Assembly: GCA_964016885.1 (NCBI GenBank)
Contig: OZ024742.1
Span: 262,384,001-262,448,000 of the forward strand
Length of the DNA stretch: 64,000 nt
DNA from: Eledone cirrhosa
Taxonomy: Eukaryota
Direction: 5' to 3'
Positions 1 to 15,463 of the stretch are shown piece after piece. The notes below the pieces were generated by a model. The model made no database searches. It saw nothing but the letters and a program-made list of their open reading frames with translations, and was not told the origin of the DNA. The number at the start of each line of letters is the position of its first letter. The stretch's first letter is position 1. The position numbers and the translations under genes were made by a program.

Positions 1-85
1 GCTGTAGCTTTTAATGTGTTTATTATCGGGGCTATCTTTTTTACGAACTGCATTGTACAGTGTTTTGGCCACTACACCATGCCTC

Positions 86-87
<2 letters not shown>

Positions 88-116
<29 letters not shown>

Positions 117-369
117 TGTATGTATGTATGTATGTATGTATGTATGTATGTATGTATGTATGTATGTATGTATGTATGTATGCATGCATGTATGCATGCA
201 TGTATGTATGCATGTATGTATGTATGCATGCATGTTTGTATGTATGTATGTATGTATGCATGTATGTATGCATGCATGTATGTATGTATGTATGTATGTA
301 TGTATGTATGTATGTATGTATGTATGCATGCATGCATGCATGTATGTATGTATGCATGTATGTATGTAT
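88..369. repeat. (TATG)n/(CATG) tetranucleotide microsatellite
   Basis: Direct reading; it explains the VCMY/HTYI pseudo-ORFs. Confidence 0.98.
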
Positions 370-1096
370 ACATTATGTATACATATGTCAGGTCACCAGC
401 TGGTGCTACTGGTAACATATATCCCAGTACAACCTGTCTTATGGTCGGGTCGTTGGCGACTAAACTGGCAACCCCACCAAGGTTTCTTGGTGAGGAGGGT
501 GACTTTGGACATCCTGCAGGACTAAAAACAAAACCTGTCAAAGGCCAAAGGAGCTCTTAAGAGTCAATGGCCATCCAAAATCACCGGGAGAGATGACCCC
601 TTAGCCTTTGTCAAAGCAGAATTCTAGGAGAAGGAAAACTCTGATATAACACCTGCAACCCTGATGCTATCCAATGATGTTGACTTATTCTTTTTGGTAA
701 ATATCATCTTGGTTAAGAGAGTGGGACTGGATTTGTGCAGTGCCTTTGTTCACTATAAAAGCTTCACGGCACAGGTATTGCTTTATATCTGGAGATCTCT
801 CTGCACTTGTCGTTACATGGTACCATGGGCCCAGCACTATGTGTCAATAATTGTCACAAGTGTAGTGTTTGTACCAGAGTTTTCAAGTCGCTGGCTGGAC
901 TAAAAAGTCACACTTGTTCAGTGCATCGGTAGGGGTTCTCCTACATGGATATAAAGTAGTGGCCGTACTCGAAAACGAGTTGGCAGCCACCATGTATACA
1001 TTGATTAATAAACAAAATCAAACAACCTCTATAAAATACTAAGAGGACAAATTTCATCAGACCACAATAGCCCTCAATATCTGGTTTCAGTTACAC

Positions 1097-1127
<31 letters not shown>

Positions 1128-1221
1128 TACACACACACACACACCCAAGTACATACATATATACGTTCATAGTACATATGTCCGTATGTATCTCCGCTTT
1201 TGTAGTCTTTCTCTATATGTC

Positions 1222-1283
<62 letters not shown>

Positions 1284-1624
1284 AAATCACAAACCACACT
1301 ATTTCCAAGTGAAACAATATATACTGTACATACAATCATTTGTATTGTTTTGAGAAACTGAACACGGCCTTAGAAAGCTGATTATAGAATAGATTATATA
1401 GATAAAGACTGAATGATACGAAGGAAATGAATGGAATGAATGAATTGCAACATTGACGGGAAGAAAGCAAGAAAGAAATGTAAAAGAATGATTGAATGAA
1501 TCGCTTTTGACAATCAGTTTTCCAGTTGTTCGATCAACGACCCCAGCCTGCTCGTCAAACTAGTGTGTAAGTGGCTGAGCATTCTACAGACACATGTCCA
1601 TTTCACATAGTTCTTAAATTGGTT

Positions 1625-2206
1625 TCCCTTCACAATTGGGGCCGGCTGGCCTCGACCGTGGCGATGGCAAGCGGATTAAATCTCTTCCCTTTCGAGGGGA
1701 ACAAATCCCTAATTTGGGACGCAACGTGCAGCGACTCGTTCTCCGCCTGCAGCCTTGTCGTTTCGGCCACAAACCCGGGCTCCGCTGTCCGCAATGCGGA
1801 GGAGTGGAAGATAGTTAAATATCGGGGTCTGAACGACCGCTTCCTCTTTGTACCGGTCTTAGTCGAGCTCTGGTGCCCTTGGTTCCCGCACTGCTGAATT
1901 CTTTCATAAAATCGGAAAGATGGTAGCCTGCTTGAAGAGGGAGCCCCGTGACGTGGAGTGGTTGTTGCAGCGGGTGTCTCTGGTCGTTCACCGCAGTAAC
2001 GCCTTTGTCATTTTATCTGTGAGGTGCGGCTGTGGCACCGCTCAGACTGGGGTGTAGTGCCTGTCTTTCTCCCACTTCCTTTCTTTCATTGCTTGATCCT
2101 TTTTTCTTTATTTTTCTTTTCATTTCCTTTTTCTTGTTCCCCTTTTGCTCACCTTAACAGTGCTTTGTTTTTATTAGATGCTGCTCAATAAATAAATTAA
2201 AAAAAA
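1625..2206 (+). mobile_element. 3' fragment of a CRE-like non-LTR retrotransposon (restriction-like endonuclease region, 3' UTR, A tail)
   Basis: Frameshifted translation PAGLDRGDGKR..GLNLFPFEGNKSLIWDATCSDSF...FVPVLVE. Homologous to 50500-51000. T-rich UTR ends in AATAAA and an A run. Confidence 0.8.
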
Positions 2207-2395
2207 TTTGTCAGTAATAAAATGATTTAAGAAAAAAAGCACAACTTATATTTGCCAGCTGAATGGACTGGAGCAACATAAAATAAAGTGCCTTGCTCAA
2301 GGAGACAGCGCCAACGAGAATCGAATTCATGTCCATTAAGCCAAGTAACTTAACAAGTGATCTACAGGACAGTTCTAAGGGATGTTTAAATCACA

Positions 2396-2950
<555 letters not shown>

Positions 2951-2998
2951 TCCGACGAGCTACCAAACAGTTTCCATCTACCCAATTTCACTCACAAG

Positions 2999-3251
2999 CA
3001 GAGGCGTTACTAGGGAAAATAGCGCCTATGGCAAGCAGTGAAATTGCGCCCCTACCCAGCACTGTATTTTTAACTATGAACCTAATAATTCATATTAATA
3101 GTTTTGTAATTTAATTAACATAGTGCTTCTCACCCATGATAATCAAAGACAGATCATATATCTCACTCTCCGACGATAACTTAGAAAGTGCTTCCCTTCA
3201 TGTGACGCCCATGGCACGAGCCATGTTTGCTATACCCTAGTTACGCCTCTG
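2999..3251. mobile_element. MITE with 17-bp TIRs, hAT-like
   Basis: CAGAGGCGTTACTAGGG at 2999 and CCCTAGTTACGCCTCTG ending at 3251. Imperfect 8-bp flanks ctcacaag / cctccaag. Confidence 0.7.
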
Positions 3252-3528
3252 CCTCCAAGGCTATGGTTAAAGACACGTAGTGGGATCGAACACTGGGCCT
3301 TATAATTGCGTAGCGAACTCATTAACCATTCAGCTATGCTGCGTCTTCAAGAAGATAGAGAACGAAGCAAAGTAGAAAGACAGTTAGGCCGAATGAAATA
3401 CTTGATAGGTAAATGAAAGAGGAATCGAGGAATGAATAGAACCAAAAAAAACAAAACAAAAAGAAAGGTTGAAGGACCAAAACAGAGAAAGAGAAAAAGA
3501 AGAACAAGAGAGGAGGAGGAAGGAATGC

Positions 3529-3609
<81 letters not shown>

Positions 3610-4109
3610 TTCATCATTATCGACTAAACAATGGCAATGATAAAGGTCTATAATTGTAATTGTATATTAATTAGTGATATTAATTAATGGTGATGATGGT
3701 GGGTGGTGGTAGTAGTGGTGGTGATGGTTGTGGTGGTGGTGTTGTAGTGATGGTAGTGGTGATGGTGGTGTAGATGTTGGCTGTGAAGCCACCGCCTGGC
3801 AACATGTCCATCACCACCATTGCAACAGCAGAAAGAGAAAGAAAATTAAAACCAACACATACGACAGCACAAAAAGTAAGAACATGGACAACGATAACAG
3901 TAGCAACATGAACAACAATATAAGTAACAGCACCACCAACAATGCAACAATAAATATAACAGAAGCAAACAACAAAAATAACAGTAACACAAACAAGCAC
4001 GACAACATAAATGACAACAACAACAACAACAGTAACAATAAGAATAAGAACATAAACAGCAGCAGCAACGAAAACGCAGACCCATGTGTGACCCCTCCCA
4101 ACACAACAC

Positions 4110-7100
4110 AGAAGAATCCCATCAAAACAGCCGTTTCCTTCGCAGGGTCAACAAGAAATGCAGAAATCGTACAAGTAAAAAAGAAAAAATGAATGGAGGC
4201 CAAACAAATGTTGAAAATGAGAGGTCACAGTGACAGTCTCACACCTCCACCCGACTTGGTGGAAAACGTGCGACGTTGTACGGTAACATAGCGTACAATT
4301 GGAATGAGTTCACGCCAGGTGGAGCGAGCCACCGAGTCACAGATCCAAAAGGCTTTGGGTTGCGCGTAGAAACGCAAATCCCATATCGCCCGACGCAGAA
4401 GATTTGGGACGATGAATGTATTTTTCGAGACACCACAGGAAGCGAGAAGACACTCCCTCACACTACTCAAGAGTGGGGAAATCATTCTGCTGCCGAGATA
4501 TTGTGGCCAACGACTAATAAAAATTAGTGACCCAGGTGCCGTCTACAATAGCTATTCCCTGGCTAGTTGCAGCGGTCCTCATGGACGTTAAGGAGACCAC
4601 ACAAATCATCGAGGTAAAAAAAATAAATACCGGAAAATAGTCAGGATCTGGGATGGAACTTCTAATCCAAACCAACCAAAACAATATAGAAGCCATCCCA
4701 GATATAGTAGATTATACGGCACCCACATCCCCGTGACCGTAGGGGACATATGACCAAAGTGCTCCGCATGTGGAGCAAAAACGCACCTAATGGCTTTCTG
4801 CATTCAGCAAACAACAAACAACAAATCCCCCTCTCCTGCTTACGCCACATCCAACACTGGCACCATCAGCGGCCACAATACCAATAACGTCAACAGCAAC
4901 AGTAACAGTAGTAGGAGCGTCATCACCACCTACCACATCAGAATTTACACCACTAATAACAACACTAGAAATACAAGACATGACCCTCCTCGACCTGGCA
5001 CACTCGGGCATGGAGTGTAGCCGTGAGGGGGAGTGGCAAACTGTGAAGAAAAAAGGAAAAAATTGGACAATTCGTCCACAAAAACAGATAATTGCAAAAA
5101 GCGCATAACACACATAGAACACACACGACTAACACAAACCCCCACAGAACTATCCAATCAACCATCAACACCACAAACTACATAACACACATAAAATGTT
5201 TATCAATAGATCAAAGCACATATTTAAAAAAATTCCCCAGCGCCTTTGGGGACTTTCGTGGAACAAAACCAAGAAGAATATACGCAGACGTTATTGTAAA
5301 AGAACCCACAACTGGCTAGAAGGATGGAACAACCATTATACCTACAAAGGACTTAGGGTAAGTGGTCTTTCCCACATTTTCCTACTCTTCATTCAACATG
5401 ACATTACTCAGAATAGGCAGCATAAATGCACGAGGCCTTAGGTCGTCATGGAAGCAGGATCACCTATTCGATGACCACCTGTGGTAGCCATCAGCGTGAC
5501 CAGAATTTCCGAGGCACAAACTTTCGCACCCATTTTCGGCGGCTACGAGGTGTATGCACCTCCAAGTCGTCCGATATCTGTAGGCAGGTTGTTTCGGAAA
5601 GGCCTGGATCTCGCGATACGGACCATTTTCCTGGATCCAGAAGGTAAGTTGGTGGTGCTGGATGTGACCAGCTGCGAAGGCTATGCTTTCAGGTTAGCTC
5701 CCGACAGGAGCAGGTCTGCCTGATTTCTTCAGGCGCATTGAGACCTTCCTAGGAACGTCCCGCTCTTTAGTGTTAGTGGGTGACTGGAACGGTATCTTTG
5801 ACGCACGCTGGAACTGTGTGGGGCTAGCAGAAAGGGGAGGAGGGTGTAAAAACCTCGCAAACCTGCTCAGATATTTCCAATTGTCTGACAAGTACGGACT
5901 TGATTTCCCGAATGTGCCAATTAGGACATGGACAAACAACACCGGGTCATCCAGATCGTATCTAGATAGGGTATTTTGTAGGGAAGTAGATAAGGCTGGC
6001 ATAAGCAGTCCCCATTTCAAAATAGTCGACTACACAGAGCACAAATTTGTGATCTGTACAGTCGACTTAGATAGGCTTCATAGACAGGGTCCCGGTTACT
6101 GGATGATGAACGCGTCCTTTCTGGTGCGCAAGGCCTAGAGAAACCAAATTAGTGAATTAGTTAAGCAGGCGTTGACGGGGACAATTGTCAATAACAAATG
6201 TTGATTTGCCCTGAAAAGAGTGAATAAAGTAGAATGAATAGGGTTTAGTAAAAGAGTAGCAATAGAAAAAACTAGATTAGAGCGTGAGCTAGTTAGAAAG
6301 TTAGAATAGGCTTCTTTATGAAAGGCAACGCAACTGGCGTGCTAGCGCCAAGATTGACCCGCGACAAATTCTACAACGCGAAGCACAAAGGTTGCGTTGT
6401 CAGAGTTAGGGTGCATGTTCTGAGACGCGAGGGGACGAAAGCCGTTCGATGGACCAGAGTGTCAGAGGCGCAGCGTGTAAACAAAGCTACAACCCGGACT
6501 TGGGCGGACCACAACTGGCGCATGTTACTCGATCTCGAGTGGATATGTGCGGCTTTTCAGCGACACTTCACTCAAATGTTCACGAGAAGTGGTGAGCCGA
6601 ATCGCGAGATGGACTTTAGTACCTACTTCGACGACCTGCTGTGGCTCTCGACCACTGAGGCAGTGTTACGAAAGGCCGATAATAGTCGCTGAAATATAGG
6701 AGGCGATGAGGGGCAAATCGCCTGGTTTGGATGATCTGCTCTACGTTTACATGCCAGACTTGTTCGGTGACCTCTTGGCAGACGTGTACTGCGACTGGAA
6801 GCAGAACAGAAGAATTCCTAGTTCTGTAAGCCGTGGAGCTGTGGCACTACCGAGAAAGACCCAAACAAGGGGGATAATATCGATAAGTTTAGCCCCATAA
6901 CTCTTCTAAATGCAGAGTTTAAGATTTTGGCCAAGGCTGGCGCTTGTAGGTGGTCGAGTGGGGGAGGAGCAGACATGTGCCATCCCAAACAGATCCATCC
7001 ACGAAAACCTCCACACCATGCGATAGATCATAGAGAAGATGGCTAAGGAACCTGACACGAGTGGAGCCCTAATCAATTTAGATCAATTGAAAGCTTTCGA

Positions 7101-7620
7101 TAGGGTCGACCATAGATACCTGGCGGCTGTCCTCAACGCAGTCGTTTTCTGGTCCGTTTTCAGGAGCTGGATCGCTGTAATGCACAGCGACATCTGCTCT
7201 GTGGTTAGAGTGAATGCTTATCTTTCGAAACCATTCAATATCATGCAAACATGCGCTGAGGCTACGAAATCTCTAGCTTTTCCTTGACGGTGAACAGGTA
7301 TGGTCACCGTTCGCTAGACACATTTTTTTTCCAGCTTGTCTCTTTGGCGGACCTGCAGTTCTGGGTCAAGTGAAGACTGAGAGGAAATGTCTTCTAGCGC
7401 TCAGAGACCTCTGCCAATCGGACAGCATAATCGGTGGAAACTCCACCTTGTCGTTTTATAGAGGATTAGAAGCGGGTAAAACAATAATGTTCTTGAGGAA
7501 ACTCTTGGCGGGTAAAACAATAATGTTCTTGAGGAGACTCTTGGCGTCGACGATAATCAACTAGCCACTCTTTTCCGGAGTGCTTTCTGTCAAGGGCCCA
7601 TAGATAACCCTCAGAAATCA
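4110..7620 (+). mobile_element. Decayed L1/Tx1-like LINE (ORF1 with CCHC knuckle; ORF2 APE endonuclease + RT), 3'-truncated
   Basis: CSACGAKTHLMAFC knuckle at ~4760-4800. APE motifs INARGL, LVGDWNGIFD, SYLDR, GPGYW. RT motifs KSPGLD and LINLDQLKAFDRVDH. Many stops and frameshifts. Confidence 0.88.
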
Positions 7621-7626
7621 TTATTA

Positions 7627-8785
7627 TTGGGTTCGACAGAAAGTTCCCGTCATTTTTCAAAAGGAGATATTTTGGTAGAGTTTTCTGGAAATGTTAAAGG
7701 TTGCGCATGCGCACATATATAATAAGTGGCGTTGGTATGCACTATGTGCATTTCTCATTTTCTGTTATGCCGTCAAAGGAGAAGTAACATGGATTTATCC
7801 AAATCGTTATTTCGTGACTTCAAATCTGACCTAAGCGCAGGAGAATCGAGTCGTCGAATTAAAAAAAAGCATTTGGCTAACACACCATGTCTGAACGCAG
7901 TGCTAGGGACTGGTGCTTCCGTTCCGGTGATTACAGCTTTAAAGATCGACCTCGTGTAGGATGTACATCCGACTTCAATGACAAATAACTGCCTGAGCTG
8001 ATGGAAGCCGACCAACGCCAGACATCACGTCAACTATCCGAAGTGCTTGGGGCATCGAAAACAACCACCCTCAATCCATGCAATAGGGAAAGTATCCAAG
8101 CTGGACCAAGGAGTGCCCAACAATCTGACTGATCGTAATCATAAATGTCAGGCAGCAACTGCGAGTTCTCTGGTGATGAAAAATGGTGTCTCTATATTAA
8201 TGCCAAATGCAAGCGATAGTGGGTTTATAAAGACATCACAATGGCAAGCAAATGCTGCCCCCACCATTGCAAGGCCCTACTGAGTGACTGGAGGACTGGA
8301 AAGATGTCATCCACTACGAGCTGCTCCCACCGAACTCCAGCATAATCTCTGACGTCTATTGTCAACAGCTTCACAGATTAATGGCGAAAATCCACAGGTG
8401 CGCCCACACCATGGTTCAGTTTGATTCCTTCACAACGCTCAGCTGGATACATCAAGGATGACCCGTCAGAAGCTGCTGGGGCTAGTTTGTAAGGTTTTAC
8501 CCCACCCACCATATTTGCCTGACATTACGCCTACAGACCATTACCTTTTTCTCTCAATGAGCGATGCAATGCATTCTAAGATCTTCTCCAATGAAGACCA
8601 GTTAAATCAGTGGCTGCCGGAATTCTTTGCATCGAAGGTAAATAATTCTACAGGGATGGAATCATATGCCTTCCTAAACGGCTGCAGAGGGTAATCGCAA
8701 ATGATGGCAATTATTCTCACTTGTAAAATTTTCCTAAAGTTAAGAAAACATTTGAAAAATGTCGAGAACCGGTTGGCCTTATTCG
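7627..8785 (+). mobile_element. Mariner (Tc1/mariner) transposon relic
   Basis: IHYELLP, YCQQL and VLPHPPYLPDITPTDHYLF (the YSPDLAPSDYHLF motif). TA at 7625, then a TIR-like gttcccgtcatttttcaaa matching the reverse complement of tttgaaaaatgtcgagaac near 8751-8769. Confidence 0.85.
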
Positions 8786-9129
8786 TTTCTTCTTCGAACA
8801 TTTCCCCTTCCTCTGTATCATTCACTTCTTCGACGTCGTCGCTGTTAGCATGTACAAATACCGTCGCCGCCACCACCACTCAACAAATTAGTAGGGACGA
8901 AGTGAACAACAACAATTCAACAACTGCCTCTACAACACCAGAAAGCATTAACAGAAATATTATTGACACCATAAACAACAAAATCGATACGAATGACAAC
9001 GGCAGCAGTAACGAAAGCAACATCAAAAGCAACATCAGTGATAATAGTAACAATAACAACAACAACAACATATGCAGCAGCTGCTGCTGAAAGGTAATCA
9101 AATTGAACGTAAACAGTAAAACAGCAATA

Positions 9130-11140
9130 AGCGACGCGGCTTCAAAATAAACCGTCGCCACACATAAATGTTTCTATCAAAGCCAGTCGTTTCCTTCGTG
9201 CTAGCAAAAAATCAAAACAAAACAAAAGAACTTGAAAATTTGTTACTAAATGAAAACGGAGTAAAGGAGGCCAAGCTGATGGAAAGAGGAGTGGGCACAG
9301 ATTAAACTTCACACATCCATCTGATGTGATAAAGAACGCGGGTGGAGCTAGCAAACTAGTCCCAAATCCAAAAGATCTTAGGTGCCATATGGGGACGCAA
9401 AATTCATATGGCCCGAGACAGCAGAATCGGGACAGTAGTATTTTATTTTGCCCCCCCCCCCCCCCGGAAGCCAAGAGCACACTCTCTAACACCAATCAAA
9501 TGTGACGAACTAACTCTGGCGCCGTCTTATTGTGACCAAAGGTCGGTCAATGTCAAGATGATCCAGGTCCTACCCACAATAGCCACTCCTTGGCTAGTGA
9601 CGGTTGTCCTCGCCGATGTCGAGGAAAGGGCTACTTTATTAGAAATCACAAAATTAAAACAAGAAAACTGGTCTGGATCGAGGGTGGAGTTATTAATCCA
9701 AACGGACCAAGAACATATCTAGGCCATTCCCAGAGTAATAGACCTTATAGACGGCACCTACCTTCCCGTCACAATGGAGGGCATAAAACTAAAGTGTCAC
9801 ACATGTGGCGAAAGAAATAAGGCCCACTCTCCTTCCAGTCTTTCTATATACAGTGGTACTCTTGCTGAGGTGCCCACAATAAACCTAACGGACGGATCAA
9901 CTGTCCTTCTTCCACATAAATGTGGTCCTTCTCACCTTTTCCTCCTCTCCATTAAACAGAATCTTACTCAGGATAGGTGGTGTAAATGCACGTAGACTAG
10001 GGTGGTCTTTGAAGCAGGGCAACTGAACATAGATGTGGTGGCCATCAGCGAAACCAGAATTTCTGAGGCTCGATCTTTCGCACATATCTTCAGCGGTTAC
10101 GAGGTGTACGCATCTCGAACCCGTCCAGTATCTGGAGGTGAATACGCTGTATTGTTTTAGAAAGGCTTGGCTCTCACGATACGGATCACTTTCCTGGAAC
10201 CAGAAGGTACGTTGGTGGTGCTAGACGTGACCAGCAGCGAAGGGTATACCTTCAGTCAAGTGACCGTCTATGTACCGACAGAATGACTTGATTTTTGCAG
10301 ACGCCTAGAGGATTTTCTAGGAACATCTCGCTATTTAGTGTTTGTGGGCGACTGGAACAGTATCTTAGATGCATGCAGAACTGTATGGTTAGTAAATAGG
10401 GCGGAAGGGTGTAAAAGCCTTACAAACTTACTCCGATGTTTCCAACTGTCTGACAGGTATCGATTGGATTTATCGAATGTGGACATGGACAAACCTCATT
10501 GGGTCATCCAGATTGTGTATAGATAGGGGATTCTGTATGGAAATAGATAAGACTAGTATAGGTTATCAACAGTTTAAGGTATCCGATTAAATAGACCACA
10601 AATTTGTGATCTGTGTAGTCGACTTAGATAAGTTTCATAGACAGGGACCCAGTTACTGGAAGCTGAGCGCGTCCTTTCCGGTGCACAAAGCACACACAGA
10701 CCAGATTAGTGAATTAAGTAAACGGGTGTTGATAGCGGTAATCATGAACAACAAATAGTGGCTCGCCCAGAAAAGGGCGATTAGAGTGGAATCAATAAGG
10801 TTGAGTAAAGTAGTAGCGACCGACAAAACTAGGCTAAAGGGAGAGATATTTAGAAAGCTTGAAGAGGCGTTTAGTAAAGACAAAGCAAATGACATGCTTG
10901 TTGCGAGATTGGCACTCGACCAATTTGTCAACACAAAACACGAAGGCTGCGTTGTCAGAGCTAAAGAGCGAGCTCTTAGACACGAGGGCACGAAAACCAT
11001 TTGATGGGCCCGTGTGGCGGATGCACGGTGTGACAACAAAGTCGAAATCCGGTCTTTGGCAGATAACTGCGGGCGCATTTTGCTCGATCCCAAGCAGTGT
11101 GCGGTTTTTCAACTGTTCGGGAGCTGTGGAGAGCCGGATC
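9130..11140 (+). mobile_element. Second decayed L1/Tx1-like LINE copy, same family as 4110-7620
   Basis: Collinear similarity: KCHTCGE knuckle remnant, FVGDWNSILD, KHEGCVVRAKERALRHEG. Ends at a (CTT)n tract. Confidence 0.85.
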
Positions 11141-11457
11141 TTCTTCTTCTTCTTCTTCTTCTTCTTCTTCTTCTTCTTCTTCTTCTCCCCCCCCCCCCTA
11201 CTCCTCCTCCTCCCCTCCTCCTTCTCCTCCTCATCCTCCTTCTTCTCCTCCTCCTCCTCCTCCTCCTCCTTCTTCTTCTTCTTCTTCTTCTTCTTCTTCT
11301 TCTTCTTCTTCTTCTTCTTCTTCTTCTTCTTCTTCTTCTTCTTCTTCTTCTTCTTCTTCTTCTTCTTCTTCTTCTCAGTAGTAGTAGAAGTAGCAGTAGT
11401 GGTGGAAATAGTAGTATTAGCTATTGTAATAGTAGTAGTCGTAGCAGAAGCAGCAAC

Positions 11458-11504
<47 letters not shown>

Positions 11505-11600
11505 CAGATGTAGTAGCAGTAGTAGCAGTAGTAGCAGTAGTAGTAGTAGTAGCAGTAGTAGTAGCAGCAGAGTTAGCAGCAGTAACAGTAGAGGAATAGT
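11140..11600. repeat. Compound (CTT)n/(CCT)n/(AGT)n trinucleotide microsatellite
   Basis: Direct reading. Confidence 0.97.
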
Positions 11601-11709
11601 AGCAGAAGTAGTTGTAGTTGTAGCTACAGCAGCAGTGGTACCAGTAATACACTGGGTATTTGCTGTCCTTGTGCCTATATAAGAAACCATTATTATTATT
11701 GTTATTAGA

Positions 11710-11895
11710 GCGGTGGATTGGCTGTATCAGTAGAGCGTTGGACACCATCCTTTGCGGCATAGAGTTACGGCCTTTTACGTTCTGAGTTCAAATTCCACCA
11801 AGGTTAGCTTTGCCTTACGGAGTCGATAAAATAAAGCACCAGCAACGTACTGGGATCGATTTAATTGCTGGCCTTGTGCCATTATTAGGAACATT
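11710..11895 (+). mobile_element. tRNA-derived SINE
   Basis: A-box-like tggctgtatcag, B-box gagttcaaattc, body ggttagctttgcct..gtcgataaaataaag..ttgctggccttgtgcc, then a (TTA)n tail. Confidence 0.85.
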
Positions 11896-11931
11896 TATTA
11901 TTATTATCCCCCCCCCATCATCATCATCATC

Positions 11932-11970
<39 letters not shown>

Positions 11971-11971
11971 T

Positions 11972-12011
<40 letters not shown>

Positions 12012-12495
12012 TATACTACAACAACAACAGCCGCCACCACTTATCACAACCACCATTAGATAATGCCTGTACCATCGCCCGCCACACACCTTCACCTTAT
12101 TGCATCCACCATACCTCCATTACACAATCACTCCTATCACTACAAGAAAACATAACATGAGGGCAACAGGAATGTAGTTGAGTTAACATTAAATGTTGTA
12201 GCAGCGGCTATGCAGATGTCACAATGTGGCTATATATATATTTACACAAATATACACGCACACAGCTCTGCATACCTATAGCATGTGTAAGCCAATATGT
12301 GTATGTGCATGCATAGTTACTTAATAGCGCACGCTCACACACATACAGACAGGCTTACAGACAGGCTTACAGACAGGCTTACAGACAGGCTTACAGACAG
12401 GCTTACAGACATACATACATACATACATACATACAGACAGACAGACAGACAGACAGACAGACCCCCCCCCCACACACATATATATATATATATAC

Positions 12496-12814
12496 ACATA
12501 CATATATGTAGACATGTCCTCGACAGGTACAGAATAATATATGGATATAATACAATTGTCAGAAGAACTAATAAAACACTGTTTATCACTTGAATAACTA
12601 TAATTATTATTATTTTGATTCAAGTAACATACAGTGTTTTATTACTTCATATATATATATATATGAAGTAATAAAACACTCTATATTACTTGAATCAAAA
12701 TAATAATTGTTTCTACATATTGTTATTCAAGTGATAAATAGTGTTTTATTAGTTCTTCTGACAATTGTATTATATTCATATATTATTCTGTACCTGTGGA
12801 GGACATCTCTACAC

Positions 12815-12825
<11 letters not shown>
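12496..12825. repeat. Fold-back palindrome (~150-bp arms) centred on (TA)n
   Basis: 12496-12648 is the near-perfect reverse complement of 12664-12825. Each arm also contains an internal hairpin. Confidence 0.9.
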
Positions 12826-12845
<20 letters not shown>

Positions 12846-12859
12846 TGTGTGTATGTATG

Positions 12860-12896
<37 letters not shown>

Positions 12897-12943
12897 AATG
12901 AAAAATGGAGTTAAAGACTCGCGTTAATCCCCTGTAATTTAAT

Positions 12944-13120
12944 TGTTTCTACTTTTGGCACAAGGCCAGCAATTACCCAGTACATAACTGGTACTTTATT
13001 TTATCGACCCCGTAAGGATAAAAGGCAAAGTTAACCTCAGCGGGATTTGAACTCAGATCGTAAAGGGACGTAACTACGCTGGAAAGCGTGTCTGACCCTC
13101 TACCAATACTGCCAATTCAC
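12944..13120 (-). mobile_element. tRNA-derived SINE with 16-bp TSD
   Basis: TCCCCTGTAATTTAAT at 12928-12943 and 13121-13136 flanks the SINE; B-box on the minus strand. Confidence 0.92.
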
Positions 13121-13653
13121 TCCCCTGTAATTTAATGAGCTCAAGAAATAGGTGCCGGGCTCTTCATAATACAGTATATAGAAAAGAAAACATAAAAGGG
13201 TACGTTTTCAATTAGAGATGTAGAGAACCACTAGTGTGAGAAGTATAAAGTCTACGAAAAGTGTGGAAAATACATAATAATTAAAAAGGTAAATTAAAAT
13301 GTACAAACCCACCTTTTTAACTATATAACACCTGGACAAACTCAAAGAAGAGAATGTTTCACCATAAACAGTGTACCATAACCTCTCAGGGCTCACCGGT
13401 AGGTGTAAAGATGGTATGGTCGACACTTCTAAAGAGACTTCAGACAACTGAAATATCGCACGAAAACATGCGCGCCAGCAGTACATAGTTGAGTTCTTTA
13501 AGTTGAATGGTTATAGGCTGCTATTTCTAGCGGTTTTTTATCCATTGAAGCCACTATGTACTGTCTTGCGTGCATGCTTTCGTCTCTTCCCTCACCATGT
13601 GCGATATTTCAGTTGTCTGAAGTCTCTTTAGAAGTGTCGACCATACCATCTTT

Positions 13654-13732
13654 ACACCTACCGATGAGCCCTGAGAGGTTATGGTACACTGTTTATGGTG
13701 AAACATTCTCTTCTTTGAGTTTGTCCAGGTGT
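13654..13732 (+). ncRNA. Type I hammerhead motif, U4C core (family B)
   Basis: ACACCU-a / CCGAUGA / GCC...GGU / GAAAC / ...GUC^ / c-AGGUGU. Stem I has an A-C mismatch next to the core. The mirror copy in the left arm reads CCGGUGA. Confidence 0.65.
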
Positions 13733-13893
13733 TATATAGTTAAAAAGGTGGGTTTGTACATTTTAATTTACCTTTTTAATTATTATGTATTTTCCACACT
13801 TTTCGCAGACTTTATACTTCTCACTCTAGTGGTTCTCTACCCCTCGTAATTGAAAACATACCCCTTTGCGTTTTCTTCTCTATATACTGTATC

Positions 13894-15245
<1,352 letters not shown>

Positions 15246-15463
15246 GGTGTTTTCAGACACGCGCCATATCATTAATGCTTGATATATATCAATTGGTATA
15301 TTTCAATTGTTTTTTAATTTTATAATAAATACTCGGATTTATTCCTAGAGCTGGAATTACAGGTGATATGGCGCTTGTCTGAAAAAAAAACAAACAACTT
15401 TTTTTAGACTTGACATCCTTATTATTGTTAGTTATATAGTGGAGGCGCGTGGCCGAGTGGTAA

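Larger units (their letters stand above)
12895..13892 (-). mobile_element. Non-coding fold-back element with HHR (family B), PLE-derived candidate
   Basis: Arms 13169-13489 and 13553-13892 are inverted (hence the mirrored pseudo-ORFs). Unpaired tail on the left is interrupted by the SINE. Flanked by (TA)n. Confidence 0.75.

Noticed and set aside
400-1000. Possible LINE 5' UTR remnant
   Set aside because: The resemblance is impressionistic, with no motif to support it.
13169-13892. Mirrored 92/97-aa ORFs as duplicated genes (likewise 29071/29196 and 38827/62278)
   Set aside because: They are by-products of inverted arms or repeat copies.
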